From: Crenarchaeota archaeon 13_1_40CM_3_52_17
GTDB taxonomy: Archaea; Thermoproteota; Bathyarchaeia; 40CM-2-53-6
Direction: 5' to 3'
Assembly: GCA_001918745.1 (NCBI GenBank)
Contig: MNGN01000053.1
Coordinates: 2,435-66,434 of the forward strand
DNA length: 64,000 bases
Shown in pieces: positions 29,827-39,590 of the stretch. A program made the translations under genes and the position numbers. The notes under the pieces are model-generated. The model saw nothing but the letters and a program-made list of their open reading frames with translations. It did not search any database and was not told the origin of the DNA. Position 1 is the first letter of the stretch, and every line of letters starts with the position of its first letter.

Positions 29827-31254
29827 CTAGGGGTCGTGAGAGTGTTCGTAGCCGGCGACTGGATGTGGCAGATATGGAAACACGGACAGGAACGATGCGG
29901 TGTTGGGTGGCTGGATGGGATTCCCTGTGATGCCTTGGGTCACGAGGGTCACAGCACCGTCTGTTGTGAAGTTGTTGTCTACAAGTGGCAGAGTCGCTCC
30001 GGCTATCGCTTTGATCTCGATGTCGACGACGTCGTCTAGTACCCTTCGTCCGTTGGGGAATCCTGCTGGGTCCCCACCTACTAGTCCTAGCCGATTGGGG
30101 TTGGTGGTGTTCGGAGGGATAGCAAGGTTGAGGCGGAGATAGTCCGCTTGGAGGGGCCCTGTGAAGTTTTGGAACCCTGGAATTATGCCCGTGGGTATTC
30201 CTGTCAAGAGTATTGCGATGAGGTCTGCGCGAGATTCGGTTACCGCAGCTAAGTTGGGGAACACACCGGGGTAGAGCACTGGTAGTAGTTTCTGAAGTTC
30301 TGGTGTCTGGTAGTACTGAAGGAACTGGGAGTCGAACCTAGGAGGTGAAGTGTTCCAGAAGTCTTTCTTTCCTAACGGGATTATTACCTCGTTGATGAGG
30401 GGCATTCCTAAGCGGGAGACTTGAGTGAAAGGTCCGGTCACGACTGCGTCCGATTCGTTGTCGCCCGTTTGGTTGCCTTCCCTGTCGCTTGGAAGGATTG
30501 CGGCTCTTCGCCTACTTGCTGATGCCCATATTCCGATCGTTGAGTTCTTTCCTAACGGATCAGTGGGGTTAGATCCATCTGATGTCAGTTTGTTCTTGGC
30601 TACTTGTATCGCGATGGAATGAACACTGTATCCTTTTGTTGCATCGACGCCTGGAGCCGCAGGGGTGGGTATGAGGTGGAAATTCTGGACCGGTCTGAGA
30701 GCTCCCAGGTCGAATATCGATCCAAGATCGACGAAGAACGCTTCATCTCTCTGACCAGCGAACACGATCGAGCCATCGCTCAAGGTATTGATGGCCGCGT
30801 TTGCTAGGTCCGCATACTTCGGTGTTGAACGGGGTCCAACGTTGACGGGTGGCGTTGGGAGGTCGCGCCCTAGAATTGTGGATTTGCCAGTCCTGCGAGG
30901 CCCGACTACCTTTGTGACAGAGTACAACTGTTTTACATTCCACGAGGAATCGGTGAGGGAACCGATGGGACCAGTATTGTAAAGAAAGGTGTTGGGATTT
31001 CCTATCTTGGTCTTGAATCGGAACTGGTAGGTTATGTCCTCTATTCCGTCGCCGTTGTTGTCTATCACTATCTCATAGAGCACGTCGTCCCCAAAGGTGT
31101 TGAAATTGGGACCCCCGGCAGGTTCCTGCAATGGAATGTAGTTGGCCAGAATGGTTGCGGTGTCAGGCTTGTCGGGACTAACAAATGCGTACAGGTCGGT
31201 GTTGTCAGCTACCGGGTCCTTCGAGATCTTAGGTGCTTCTCTGTGGGATGTCAT
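29827..31254 (-). CDS. DUF4331 family protein
   Basis: SHREAP...DNTDLYAF, FAGQRDEAFFVDLG, QVSRLGMPLINEV, GFPNGRR..DDVVDI, FPYL; no N-terminal signal peptide. Confidence 0.85.
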   Translation of the reverse strand: MTSHREAPKISKDPVADNTDLYAFVSPDKPDTATILANYIPLQEPAGGPNFNTFGDDVLYEIVIDNNGDGIEDITYQFRFKTKIGNPNTFLYNTGPIGSLTDSSWNVKQLYSVTKVVGPRRTGKSTILGRDLPTPPVNVGPRSTPKYADLANAAINTLSDGSIVFAGQRDEAFFVDLGSIFDLGALRPVQNFHLIPTPAAPGVDATKGYSVHSIAIQVAKNKLTSDGSNPTDPLGKNSTIGIWASASRRRAAILPSDREGNQTGDNESDAVVTGPFTQVSRLGMPLINEVIIPLGKKDFWNTSPPRFDSQFLQYYQTPELQKLLPVLYPGVFPNLAAVTESRADLIAILLTGIPTGIIPGFQNFTGPLQADYLRLNLAIPPNTTNPNRLGLVGGDPAGFPNGRRVLDDVVDIEIKAIAGATLPLVDNNFTTDGAVTLVTQGITGNPIQPPNTASFLSVFPYLPHPVAGYEHSHDP

Positions 31255-31257
31255 TGA

Positions 31258-31638
31258 CTATTTCCCTGCCCGTAGCTTATCGGCGATCTGAGCGGCCAAT
31301 CCCGCATCCTTCACTTTCACCGAAGCCTGCCCATTCATGACGGTTAGCTCGTCGCCACTTACAGAAGCGACAATTGGCTCTGAGCTGTCGTTCGCTGCAG
31401 GCGTTTTCGGTTGCTCCGAGGGGATGGGGATCTTCCCCATGAGAGCTGTTGCGCCTGCCGCGACGGCCGCGGCTCCAATGCCGTATTTCAAGAAGTTCCT
31501 TCGGGTTATCCCAGTGCTAGAGTGATGTTCTGACTGGTGTTTCTCGTCAGTATTCTTATTCTTCAAGAGGATTTCTCTTCGAAGTGCCTTAGATTGATTC
31601 TTAACGGTTTTTCCAAATCTCCCCGGAATCTGACCCAC
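31258..31638 (-). CDS. small twin-arginine signal protein
   Basis: ITRRNFLK followed by hydrophobic GIGAAAVAAGATAL; alternative TTG start at 31566. Confidence 0.75.
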   Translation of the reverse strand: MGQIPGRFGKTVKNQSKALRREILLKNKNTDEKHQSEHHSSTGITRRNFLKYGIGAAAVAAGATALMGKIPIPSEQPKTPAANDSSEPIVASVSGDELTVMNGQASVKVKDAGLAAQIADKLRAGK

Positions 31639-31705
31639 ATTCTACCCAGAGAAAGCTGCGGCGGGATACTCCAGAGGGAACTGCGAAGAAGGAGTCTCTC
31701 TCTTC

Positions 31706-32008
31706 CTACTTCCAGGTCACTCTAAGAAGATTTGCCAGAGCTAGAGCTTCCCCGACATTCACCAAGAGCATGTAGATTGAGGCCTGATCCACGAAGTTGG
31801 CGGCTGAACTTACATTCTCGAATAGAAAGAGCCAAAATACGAGAATTGCCAGGTTGAGTACGACGAAAAAACTCCCGAAAAGAACGAGGCCCATTGTGAA
31901 AGAAGACTTGACCTTCCGATACGTCGCGAGATAAATTGCCAACAAGGCAAGGGTCATGGCTATATTCGCAAACGCGACTATCGCGCTGGCCCACAGTGCA
32001 TAACCCAA
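31706..32008 (-). CDS. small 3-TM membrane protein (ArsR-associated archaeal type)
   Basis: Three hydrophobic helices, YRKVKSSFTMGL loop; 2 nt downstream of the regulator. Confidence 0.75.
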   Translation of the reverse strand: MGYALWASAIVAFANIAMTLALLAIYLATYRKVKSSFTMGLVLFGSFFVVLNLAILVFWLFLFENVSSAANFVDQASIYMLLVNVGEALALANLLRVTWK

Positions 32009-32010
32009 GC

Positions 32011-32460
32011 TCAGTCACTCTTCTCCGCATTTGTTTCGTTTATCTTTCTTCTTCCAATTCTACTCCAAATCTCTTCGAGGATTGGAAGTGCTTCTTCCAT
32101 TTTGGGAGTAAGAAATAGGACCGCGCCGTAAGTTCCCTTGTCCGATGGAACGATCAAGCCATTCTCCTCTAGAACTCTAACATGGTGCTGGATAGTTTTG
32201 TAATCCACGTGAAGAATTTGTGCAAGCTGATTGGCGTTACACGGACGACTCTGAAGGGCCTGAATGATCTCTGCCCTGCTGGGTCCTCCGCGCGTTCCAG
32301 CGAACAGATACCAGAGGAGTCGTTTGAGGTACTTCTCGCTATAGATCGATGCCCTGGGGTCCTCCCGTGCCGTCGTCCTTAGAAATGGAATTTTACGAAA
32401 GAGTTGACTTAGTTGAGGAATCAGGGGCGACTTTTGCGGTATCAAATGAATCGTCTCCAA
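32011..32460 (-). CDS. ArsR-like winged-helix regulator
   Basis: LLWYLFAGTRGGPSR, NANQLA, DYKTIQHHVRVLEENGLI, YGA. Confidence 0.88.
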   Translation of the reverse strand: METIHLIPQKSPLIPQLSQLFRKIPFLRTTAREDPRASIYSEKYLKRLLWYLFAGTRGGPSRAEIIQALQSRPCNANQLAQILHVDYKTIQHHVRVLEENGLIVPSDKGTYGAVLFLTPKMEEALPILEEIWSRIGRRKINETNAEKSD

Positions 32461-32738
32461 GATTGTTAGGCGAGCCAGTTCAATTCTCTCCCTTGGCTCG
32501 CGTTATAATATTTCTTCGAATCCTTTAACGACGATTCGCACTTATTGAGACAATCTCTCATTTAGGTCTCTCAAGACCACGTTGAAATTCCGAAAGATGG
32601 GATTCGGGCGGACAGCATCTCATTATCAGCCCGCCCGATGTCGTTCGTCATTGCGTTGGCTGAGAACGCTCAGTCCGCATATTTGTGCGGAAATTCATCA
32701 TCTTTCTTGCCAGTCGTTTCCGGCATTATTAACGCATA

Positions 32739-33629
32739 CTAGAGTCTCGACTTTCCGCATTCGGCGCAGAAGACCCCTGTGGGGTCAAAAGGCCCGCCAC
32801 AGTACTTGCACTCTGGGTCTTTCGGTTCCATTTTTTCCTCCATCGGGGGAAGATCTTTCTCATATCTTCGGGCAATGAATAGTGAACCTTCCAGGAGGAG
32901 TATTATTGGCACGAAGAGTGCCACGTCGGCTACTGGTCCTCCATCGGGGGTGATGACTGCGGTGAGAATGTACGTTCCTACCCAGAGATACAGTCTTCTC
33001 TTGGTGATGCTGGCTGTTCTAAGAATGCCGAATCTTACCAGAAGAACGATGAACACTGGCAGAGTGAAGGCAAAGCCCGTCGTCAGGATACTGAAGAAAA
33101 CTAGGGTGTAAAAGTCCTCGATATTTACGAACGGTGCGGCACCTGTGATGGGTAGGAAGATCAGAGTGCCTAGCACTATGAATGGGAGCAGAATTAGGAA
33201 AGCGAAGATAGCTCCGGCAATGAAGAGGAGAGTAAACGCGGATACGAATGGATAGACTGACCGTCTCTCACTCGGCTTGAGGGCGGGGTCGATGAACCTG
33301 TATACTTCGTAGGCCAGAACAGGAATGCTCACTATGAAACCGAAGACTACGGATGCGATTACGTAAAGTTCGATAGGGGCTGTAAAGCTGCCAGCGATAA
33401 GTTGTACGTTTGACGGGAGTAGCTGCGCCTTAATGTAAAGAATGATGACTGAAACTAGCGGTTTGTAGAAGGAGAACGGGTTCCTTAGGAAGGATGCATC
33501 GGCAGGGAGAACCATGAAAAGTATTGTGGCAATTATGAAGGTGTAGATCCAAGCGCGCAGCAGCTGTGCAAGCTCGTTTACATGTTCCCATATTGGGAGG
33601 AGCTTTTCCGCTCCGCCTTTCTGACCCAA
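32739..33629 (-). CDS. tatC: twin-arginine translocase TatC with C-terminal zinc ribbon
   Basis: IWEHVNEL, YRFIDPAL..SER, AVITPD; C-terminal CKYC...CAEC. Confidence 0.9.
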   Translation of the reverse strand: MGQKGGAEKLLPIWEHVNELAQLLRAWIYTFIIATILFMVLPADASFLRNPFSFYKPLVSVIILYIKAQLLPSNVQLIAGSFTAPIELYVIASVVFGFIVSIPVLAYEVYRFIDPALKPSERRSVYPFVSAFTLLFIAGAIFAFLILLPFIVLGTLIFLPITGAAPFVNIEDFYTLVFFSILTTGFAFTLPVFIVLLVRFGILRTASITKRRLYLWVGTYILTAVITPDGGPVADVALFVPIILLLEGSLFIARRYEKDLPPMEEKMEPKDPECKYCGGPFDPTGVFCAECGKSRL

Positions 33630-33638
33630 GCGCTGGCG

Positions 33639-33902
33639 CTATCCTCGGCCAGCCTTCGCCAGAATTTCCTCTCTTATCTGATTGGGGGACTTTCCTTGGG
33701 TCCAGATCCCTAGCTTGCGGGCTGTTTCTGAAAGAAGTTCGTCGGCCTCGTCGACTGCTGTCTTGTCTTGCTTACCCTTCCTGAATTCGGCGACCACTTG
33801 TCCGAAAGACCGAGCAAGATCCGTGATTGCTCTTGGCCTGATAAGGAATACTAGCAGAATAATCGCGGCGACTACTATCCACTCGAAGCCGGCGATCGCC
33901 AT
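33639..33902 (-). CDS. tatA: TatA/B family subunit
   Basis: N-terminal TM, DLARSFGQVVAEFRKG amphipathic helix; paralog of the neighbour. Confidence 0.8.
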   Translation of the reverse strand: MAIAGFEWIVVAAIILLVFLIRPRAITDLARSFGQVVAEFRKGKQDKTAVDEADELLSETARKLGIWTQGKSPNQIREEILAKAGRG

Positions 33903-33912
33903 CTAACGGCCC

Positions 33913-34203
33913 CTACTTGTTCTGGGCGACCTTCACTATTTCATCTGATATTTCTTGGCGCGTTTTTCCTTGTGTGTTAATGTTGAGTTTTTGGGCGGTT
34001 TCGATCAATGGGTCGGAAACGGCACTCTCGATCCGGGGGACTGAGCTTGGGGATGGGTTGGTAAGACCCTTGGAGGCCTCTTCGAATTCCTTTCTCGCTC
34101 GTCCTAGAGAACGGGCAAGTTCGGGAATCTTGCCGGGTCCCCAGACGAATATGGCGACAACGATTATTCCTATAACTACCCACTCGTATCCCACTATTGC
34201 CAT
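33913..34203 (-). CDS. tatA: TatA family subunit
   Basis: WGPGKIPELARSLGRARKEFEEA. Confidence 0.92.
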   Translation of the reverse strand: MAIVGYEWVVIGIIVVAIFVWGPGKIPELARSLGRARKEFEEASKGLTNPSPSSVPRIESAVSDPLIETAQKLNINTQGKTRQEISDEIVKVAQNK

Positions 34204-34331
34204 ACCGATTTCCTACCTACGAGCGTGGCTGTTCCAAGCTTTAACTTTTTACCATGATTCATACCAGAACCTCGCTCATGCCGGGAAACCTTATTCTTCG
34301 CTCGAAGCTACCCTTTTCAAGGTAACTCAAA

Positions 34332-35081
34332 CTGAAGATAGTCGTCTGCGTTCGCCGAGTCCCCGATACGGCGACGCGTATCAAGATTTCCCCCGATGGG
34401 AAGTCAGTAATAACAAGCGATACAGAGTTCGTAATCAACCCATACGAAGAATATGCTCTAGAGCAGGGCGTTCAGCTGAAAGAGAAGCATGGCGGAGAAG
34501 TCACCGTTCTTGCCCTCGGACCCGAGAAGTCAACTAGCGTAATCCTCAAGGCTCTAGCTCTTGGCGCGGACAAGGCTATTCATCTCAAGACCGAGCACTT
34601 CCCAGATGACCCTAGCGCGATAGCTAGGGCAATCGCGGCGGAATTGAAGACTGTCGAATTCGACGTTCTACTTTTTGGCAAGAAGGGCGTTGACGACGAC
34701 AATCAACAGGTCGGCCCGATGGTAGCTGAGCTTCTTGGGATTCCCTGTGTTACGCAAGTCGTCAAGCTCGACGTCTCCGGCGCCAAGGCGTTGGCTCATC
34801 GAGAGGTTGAGGGAGGGGCAATTGTTGCCGAAGCTACCCTTCCGTCGGCATTTACCGCCGAAAAAGATCTGACGATTCCTCGATATGCGTCCCTTCGAGA
34901 ATTAGTCGCGGCTAGGAAGAAACCTATTCTGGTGAAGGAGCCTCTACACTTTCCAGGCGTGCTAGAGATAGTTTCAGTCCAATATCCTCCACCTAGACTC
35001 CCGGGCAGAGTTCTGGGGAAGGGCGTTGAAGCTGTTCCAATATTGGTCAAAGTCCTACATGAAGAGGCCAAAGTGATCTAG
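34332..35081 (+). CDS. etfB: electron transfer flavoprotein beta subunit (CTG start)
   Basis: (M)KIVVCVRRVPDT...INPYEEYALEQ...ALALGADK, QVGPMVAELLG, PRYASL; in-frame TAA at 34323 leaves CTG 34332 as start. Confidence 0.9.
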   Translation: MKIVVCVRRVPDTATRIKISPDGKSVITSDTEFVINPYEEYALEQGVQLKEKHGGEVTVLALGPEKSTSVILKALALGADKAIHLKTEHFPDDPSAIARAIAAELKTVEFDVLLFGKKGVDDDNQQVGPMVAELLGIPCVTQVVKLDVSGAKALAHREVEGGAIVAEATLPSAFTAEKDLTIPRYASLRELVAARKKPILVKEPLHFPGVLEIVSVQYPPPRLPGRVLGKGVEAVPILVKVLHEEAKVI

Positions 35082-35085
35082 CGAG

Positions 35086-36069
35086 ATGCATGGTCCGATA
35101 CTTGTTTTCGCGGAGTCGTCGGGCAGCGAATTCCGAAAATCAGCATTCGAGGCCGCAACAGAGGCCCGACGGCTCGCTGACCTCTTAAAAACCGAGGTTC
35201 ATGGCCTATCTATAGGTCAGGGAGTAAAGGATCAGGCAACTTCTCTCGGCAAGTTCGGCGTAGACAAAGTTTCGGTCGCCGACGACGAGTCGTTGAAGCT
35301 CTTTCATCCAGACCTCTATCGACAAATCGCTCTCGACCTGGCGAAGAAGATCAACCCCAGCGTCATTCTTCTCCCGGCTACTTCGACCGGCAAGGACCTA
35401 GCCCCGCGTCTTGCAATCCATCTCAACACGGTTGTTGCAACTGAATGTACCGAGCTAGAAATCAGAGATGATGAACTCATCGCGACTCGCCCGGCTTATG
35501 CCGGCAAGGTGTTGCTGAAAGTCAGAATGAGGGGGAATCCAAAGGTCGCAACTCTTCGTCCAAACGTCTTCACCGCTAAGGAGGTGACTCCTCCAATTAG
35601 CCCTCGGATCGAGTCTCTCTCGGTCGAGAAGCCGGCGACCCGGATGATCGTGAAAGAGTTCATCACCCACGGGGCAAAGAAACAAGACCTCACTGAAGCG
35701 GGAATCATCGTTTCCGGTGGAAGAGGAATGGGCGGGCCGGAGAACTACAAGATTCTGGAAGACCTCGCTAGTGTTATGGGCGGGGTGGTCGGAGCTTCGA
35801 GGGCCTCTGTCGATGCTGGTTGGAGACCGCACTCGGACCAGGTTGGACAGACGGGGAGAACCGTCTCCCCGACGCTCTACATCGCCTGCGGCATCTCTGG
35901 AGCCATTCAGCATAGAGTTGGCATGATAAACTCGAAGGTGATAGTCGCGATCAATAAGGATCCTGAGGCGCCAATTTTCGGGTTCGCGGACTATGGGATA
36001 GTGGGGGATGTTTTCGAGGTTGTGCCGGCTCTCACTCAGGAAATGAGAAAGTACTACGGCAAGAACTGA
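35086..36069 (+). CDS. etfA: electron transfer flavoprotein alpha subunit
   Basis: VSGGRG, GASRASVDAGW, QVGQTG, GISGAIQH, AINKD. Confidence 0.96.
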   Translation: MHGPILVFAESSGSEFRKSAFEAATEARRLADLLKTEVHGLSIGQGVKDQATSLGKFGVDKVSVADDESLKLFHPDLYRQIALDLAKKINPSVILLPATSTGKDLAPRLAIHLNTVVATECTELEIRDDELIATRPAYAGKVLLKVRMRGNPKVATLRPNVFTAKEVTPPISPRIESLSVEKPATRMIVKEFITHGAKKQDLTEAGIIVSGGRGMGGPENYKILEDLASVMGGVVGASRASVDAGWRPHSDQVGQTGRTVSPTLYIACGISGAIQHRVGMINSKVIVAINKDPEAPIFGFADYGIVGDVFEVVPALTQEMRKYYGKN

Positions 36070-36078
36070 CTTGGTCTG

Positions 36079-36447
36079 TTAAGGGTCGTCGAGCTTGGAC
36101 TTCAGGAATTTCGCCAGTTCCTGGCTAAGTGGGCTTCGAGAAACGTCGATTACGGGCATCTCAATATTTCCCGACTTTACGTTATGGACAAACTCAGCCA
36201 TCGGGGCATAGCTTATGGACGCTATGTAGAGTTCCCCGCGTGCATATTCCTCTGGCATATCGGAGGGTGGGATTGGCTGTGATACAAACACCATATTCTC
36301 TGCCCATGTCAGCAAGACGGGTTGTCCCATCTTCATGATGAACGACAATGCATTCACGAGTTGTTGTGGATTATCGTATTTGACGAGCTCTCGGACGACA
36401 ATCCGTTTCAGCGGCTCGTGAGCTATTTCGACCATTTGGCTGCTCAT
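36079..36447 (-). CDS. hypothetical protein (archaeal-type)
   Basis: Co-oriented with fixCX; globular composition. Confidence 0.65.
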   Translation of the reverse strand: MSSQMVEIAHEPLKRIVVRELVKYDNPQQLVNALSFIMKMGQPVLLTWAENMVFVSQPIPPSDMPEEYARGELYIASISYAPMAEFVHNVKSGNIEMPVIDVSRSPLSQELAKFLKSKLDDP

Positions 36448-36502
36448 CTCTGATCTCCAGACTGCGAAGGCGATAGGTTGTTGGTTAAGAGGGTTTCCAG
36501 GC

Positions 36503-36799
36503 TCAGCCTAGCTTGAAGCTTACTCCCTTTCCGCCGGACGGGTACTTCCAGCTTATGGCTTTGGCTCCAATCTTGTGACATACTATAAGGCAAGCGCCAG
36601 TTTCCATGCAGCCCTCCGTGTTGTAGTTCAGTTGGTCTTGCCAAGTGTACACTTGAGCTGGACAGATGTAGAGGCACGGCTTCTTTTCGCACTGCTGGCA
36701 TAGCTTCGTGTCAACCACAATGAATGGTTCCGGGTCTTTGTTGAAGCTTACCAGGGCTAGGCGTTTGTCTAGAGTCATTTCCTCTTGGTTCTCAGACAT
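36503..36799 (-). CDS. fixX: FixX-like ferredoxin
   Basis: CQQCEKKPCLYICPAQVY, GCMETGACLIVC, WKYPSGGKGV. Confidence 0.88.
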   Translation of the reverse strand: MSENQEEMTLDKRLALVSFNKDPEPFIVVDTKLCQQCEKKPCLYICPAQVYTWQDQLNYNTEGCMETGACLIVCHKIGAKAISWKYPSGGKGVSFKLG

Positions 36800-36801
36800 G
36801 T

Positions 36802-38097
36802 CTAGAACGTCCTCGCTCCAGCAAGAAGATCGCGGACCAAGCTAATTGTGGAGACCTTGCCTTTCGTCTGTGCCCTCAGCTCTTTGTAGATTTTTCGCTT
36901 TCCGCTTCCATCAACGCGATAGACTGCTTCTGCAGCATTGCAAACCAGTTCGGGGTAGACGTTGTAGAGCCTGTTGTTTCGCAAGTATCTTGGCACTTTG
37001 CTGAAGGTATACATGTCTTTGAGAGCGGGCTCCTCTCTCAGCTTTCGCTCATAGGCTTTGAGGGATTGAGCTGAGTAGTCCTTTCTCTTGCGAGCCTCAA
37101 GAATCGTTTGGGCCGCAGCAATGCCTGAGACAATTGCCATGTCGACCCCTCTGAAAGTGTAGCCGTTATTGAGCAGGTGTCCGGCTGCGTCTCCGGCTAT
37201 AATCATGCCCCCTGTGTAGGGTCTTGTCAACATCTTAGGCCCAGCCTCTGGAATCATGTGAGCGTCGTATTCGATTGTCTTCCCGTCTCTTATGAGCCGT
37301 CTGACCTTGCGGTTTTTACGCAGTCTATCCATGAGTGTGTGCGATGGGACTGCCTTCAATGACGCGTCATCAGCCCCGACGACCATTCCCAAGGCCAAAC
37401 TGTCCTTGTTGGTGTAGAGAAAGCCCCCACCTCGAAGTCCGCCCGAACATTCGCCAACGAACACATGGGCTGCACCTTCTTCTGGTTCGAGTCCAAATCG
37501 TTCTTCAATCTTCTCGACTGGAAGTTCAATCACATCTTTCATCCCCATTGATACTTCCTCAGGCTTCATCATGGTCGATAGACCAGCCTTTCGGGCGAGG
37601 CTCGTAGTAGTTCCATCGCATGCAATTACTGCTTCCGTCGGAATCTTGTCTTGACCTGCGATTATTCCTTTGACAGTTCCACGGTCGAGTACAAGGTCGT
37701 CGACTCTTGAGTCCGTGATAAGAGATGCTCCTGCTTTCTCAGCTTGCTCAGCCAGCCACTTGTCAAACTTGGCTCGGACAGAAGTGAAGCTTCCCGTCGG
37801 ATCCTTCGATTCATACTCGATGCTGAATGAGCTGTCTGCCGTCATGAATGTGATTCCCTCCTTTCTAACGAAGCGTTCTATCGGAGCGTTCTTCCATCGC
37901 TCTCCAAGCAAACGTTTGAGTGCGTAACTGTAGATTCGTCCTCCAAAGACGTTCTTTGAACCGGGGAAAGCTCCACGTTCAACGAGTAGAACTTGCACCC
38001 CTTCTCTCGCCAGCGTAAGTGCTGCTGCACTTCCCGCAGGTCCAGCTCCAACGACTGCGACTTCGAATCCTTCTAGTGACAACTCTGCCGCTTTCAC
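36802..38097 (-). CDS. fixC: FixC-like ETF:quinone oxidoreductase flavoprotein
   Basis: VVGAGPAG, ERG.FPGSKNVFGG, GGFLYTN, AHMIPE, GDAAG, RGVDMA. Confidence 0.9.
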   Translation of the reverse strand: MKAAELSLEGFEVAVVGAGPAGSAAALTLAREGVQVLLVERGAFPGSKNVFGGRIYSYALKRLLGERWKNAPIERFVRKEGITFMTADSSFSIEYESKDPTGSFTSVRAKFDKWLAEQAEKAGASLITDSRVDDLVLDRGTVKGIIAGQDKIPTEAVIACDGTTTSLARKAGLSTMMKPEEVSMGMKDVIELPVEKIEERFGLEPEEGAAHVFVGECSGGLRGGGFLYTNKDSLALGMVVGADDASLKAVPSHTLMDRLRKNRKVRRLIRDGKTIEYDAHMIPEAGPKMLTRPYTGGMIIAGDAAGHLLNNGYTFRGVDMAIVSGIAAAQTILEARKRKDYSAQSLKAYERKLREEPALKDMYTFSKVPRYLRNNRLYNVYPELVCNAAEAVYRVDGSGKRKIYKELRAQTKGKVSTISLVRDLLAGARTF

Positions 38098-38155
38098 GCC
38101 AGGTTTCGGGGTTTATCGGGTTTGGGTCTAGGCCCATGCACGTGCAGGTCGATAC

Positions 38156-38674
38156 TTAACGCGACTCGCCGTCAATCCCCTTCGACTCTCCGCTGACCCA
38201 TCTTTGCTTCAGCACCTGCTCGATCAAATCCACCGCTCGTTTGATCTGTCTCTGCATTGCCATCGGATCGTAACCAACTGGTGGCTTGCTGTCGAGGTAT
38301 CTTCTGTACATGTCGAAGTCTAGGAATTTCTTGCTCGTCTCGAATATCGCCATTAGCGCGGGAGAGTCCATCTTGTCCAGGTCGGCTCTTCTGCAATGAT
38401 AGAATCCGTTGTCCCTCACGAAGGTTATCTTCTCGTTGCCGACTGAGTCGTTGTAGACGTCCTCCCAGAGGTTTCTATCGATTTCATTCTCCATTGCGTC
38501 GCCAGAAGCTATTCTATCTTCGAATTGTTGATAGAGCCTTGACGCTTCTTGCTCCGAAATTTCAAGCGCCTTTGATACCTGGTCCATTGTGAGACCCTTC
38601 TTCGTCAGATAGTAACATGCTTCCTGCAGATACTGGGAGGAACCGTCATCTTCTTTCTCAGCAGTCAACGGCAA
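38156..38674 (-). CDS. hypothetical protein with N-terminal HTH-like segment
   Basis: KGLTMDQVSKALEISEQEASRL. Confidence 0.6.
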   Translation of the reverse strand: MPLTAEKEDDGSSQYLQEACYYLTKKGLTMDQVSKALEISEQEASRLYQQFEDRIASGDAMENEIDRNLWEDVYNDSVGNEKITFVRDNGFYHCRRADLDKMDSPALMAIFETSKKFLDFDMYRRYLDSKPPVGYDPMAMQRQIKRAVDLIEQVLKQRWVSGESKGIDGESR

Positions 38675-38683
38675 AGTCAGCTC

Positions 38684-38983
38684 CTATGACCCCTCTGGCC
38701 GTTCGAATGAGCCCTGACTGGTCATGATCCGTTGGAGAGACTGATGTACGATCTTGGCTTGTACTTCAAGCCCGAGATCTACCGATGGGATGCCCATTAC
38801 TCTGCATCTGCTGAGAAGCTTCTTGTCGAGGCTTACCACGATGTATTTGTTTTCCGTTGCGAGGTTGACGACTTCATCGTCAGTTATCCCCGGTCTCACC
38901 TTCCTTGTTGTCCAACCGAGATCTCTAAGATATTCGTCCAACCCGAACAACTGTTCGTCGAGAAGGACTGTGGGTCGCTGCAA
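38684..38983 (-). CDS. PIN-like Mut7-C/DUF5615 domain protein
   Basis: LLDEQL...LRDLGW...DDEVV.LA....IVVSLDKKL. Confidence 0.7.
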   Translation of the reverse strand: MQRPTVLLDEQLFGLDEYLRDLGWTTRKVRPGITDDEVVNLATENKYIVVSLDKKLLSRCRVMGIPSVDLGLEVQAKIVHQSLQRIMTSQGSFERPEGS

Positions 38984-39068
38984 AATACTTGCGCTTCGCT
39001 CTGGTGAGGATCCACGGACGCTTCCTTAGAAGCTTTCGCGGTCGATCGCTTCGTGGAGGAAGAATCTG

Positions 39069-39443
39069 CTATTTCTTGAAATATCTACGGCATTTCCTGC
39101 ATTGGAACCGGTTCTCTGAGATGCTCTTGAGGGGTGCATTGCAGAATGGACATGTATCCAGAATCGCCGGTTTCTCCTCCGATCCCACAAACATTTCTGT
39201 CGTGAGACGGGGTGTCGCGTGTCCTGTTGAGATATGATGTCTTCTTGAATAAGCTGTAAACGAGCCCCCTACAATCGCAGCAAACGCAACTAGTCCAACT
39301 GGTAGGACGAAGCTGGCTGTCGAAAATGTGCTGGCTAGGTAATCCTGCATGAACCTATTGTGAAGGTATTCATCATACAGCCAGCCGGCCAAGAAAATGT
39401 TCAGAGCAAATTGAACTCCTATAACCAATAGTTTTCTTGACAT
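39069..39443 (-). CDS. 2-TM membrane protein with C-terminal zinc ribbon
   Basis: Two TM helices; CPFC...CRKC. Confidence 0.7.
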   Translation of the reverse strand: MSRKLLVIGVQFALNIFLAGWLYDEYLHNRFMQDYLASTFSTASFVLPVGLVAFAAIVGGSFTAYSRRHHISTGHATPRLTTEMFVGSEEKPAILDTCPFCNAPLKSISENRFQCRKCRRYFKK

Positions 39444-39590
39444 TTGGATCGTGGTCGATCAACTCATGAAGAAGCGATGCCCTGTTGCAGCTCTATTATA
39501 CGATCATGGGTTCTCGAAAATAAGTCTGCCCAAAAGTGGGGTGTCCATACGGGACTAGCGTTGTATCTACTGCCGTTCTCCAATGGGGAG

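Noticed and set aside
4468..31260. Genome-wide amber recoding (pyrrolysine) from two in-frame TAG junctions
   Set aside because: Many genes here end at TAG at their expected C-termini (glmS, purA, etfB), and no pyl genes are visible.
31991..32008. N-terminus MGYALW resembles the trpE leader MGYSLW
   Set aside because: The Leu codon is CTG, not CTT, and the frame continues as a normal membrane protein; treated as coincidence.
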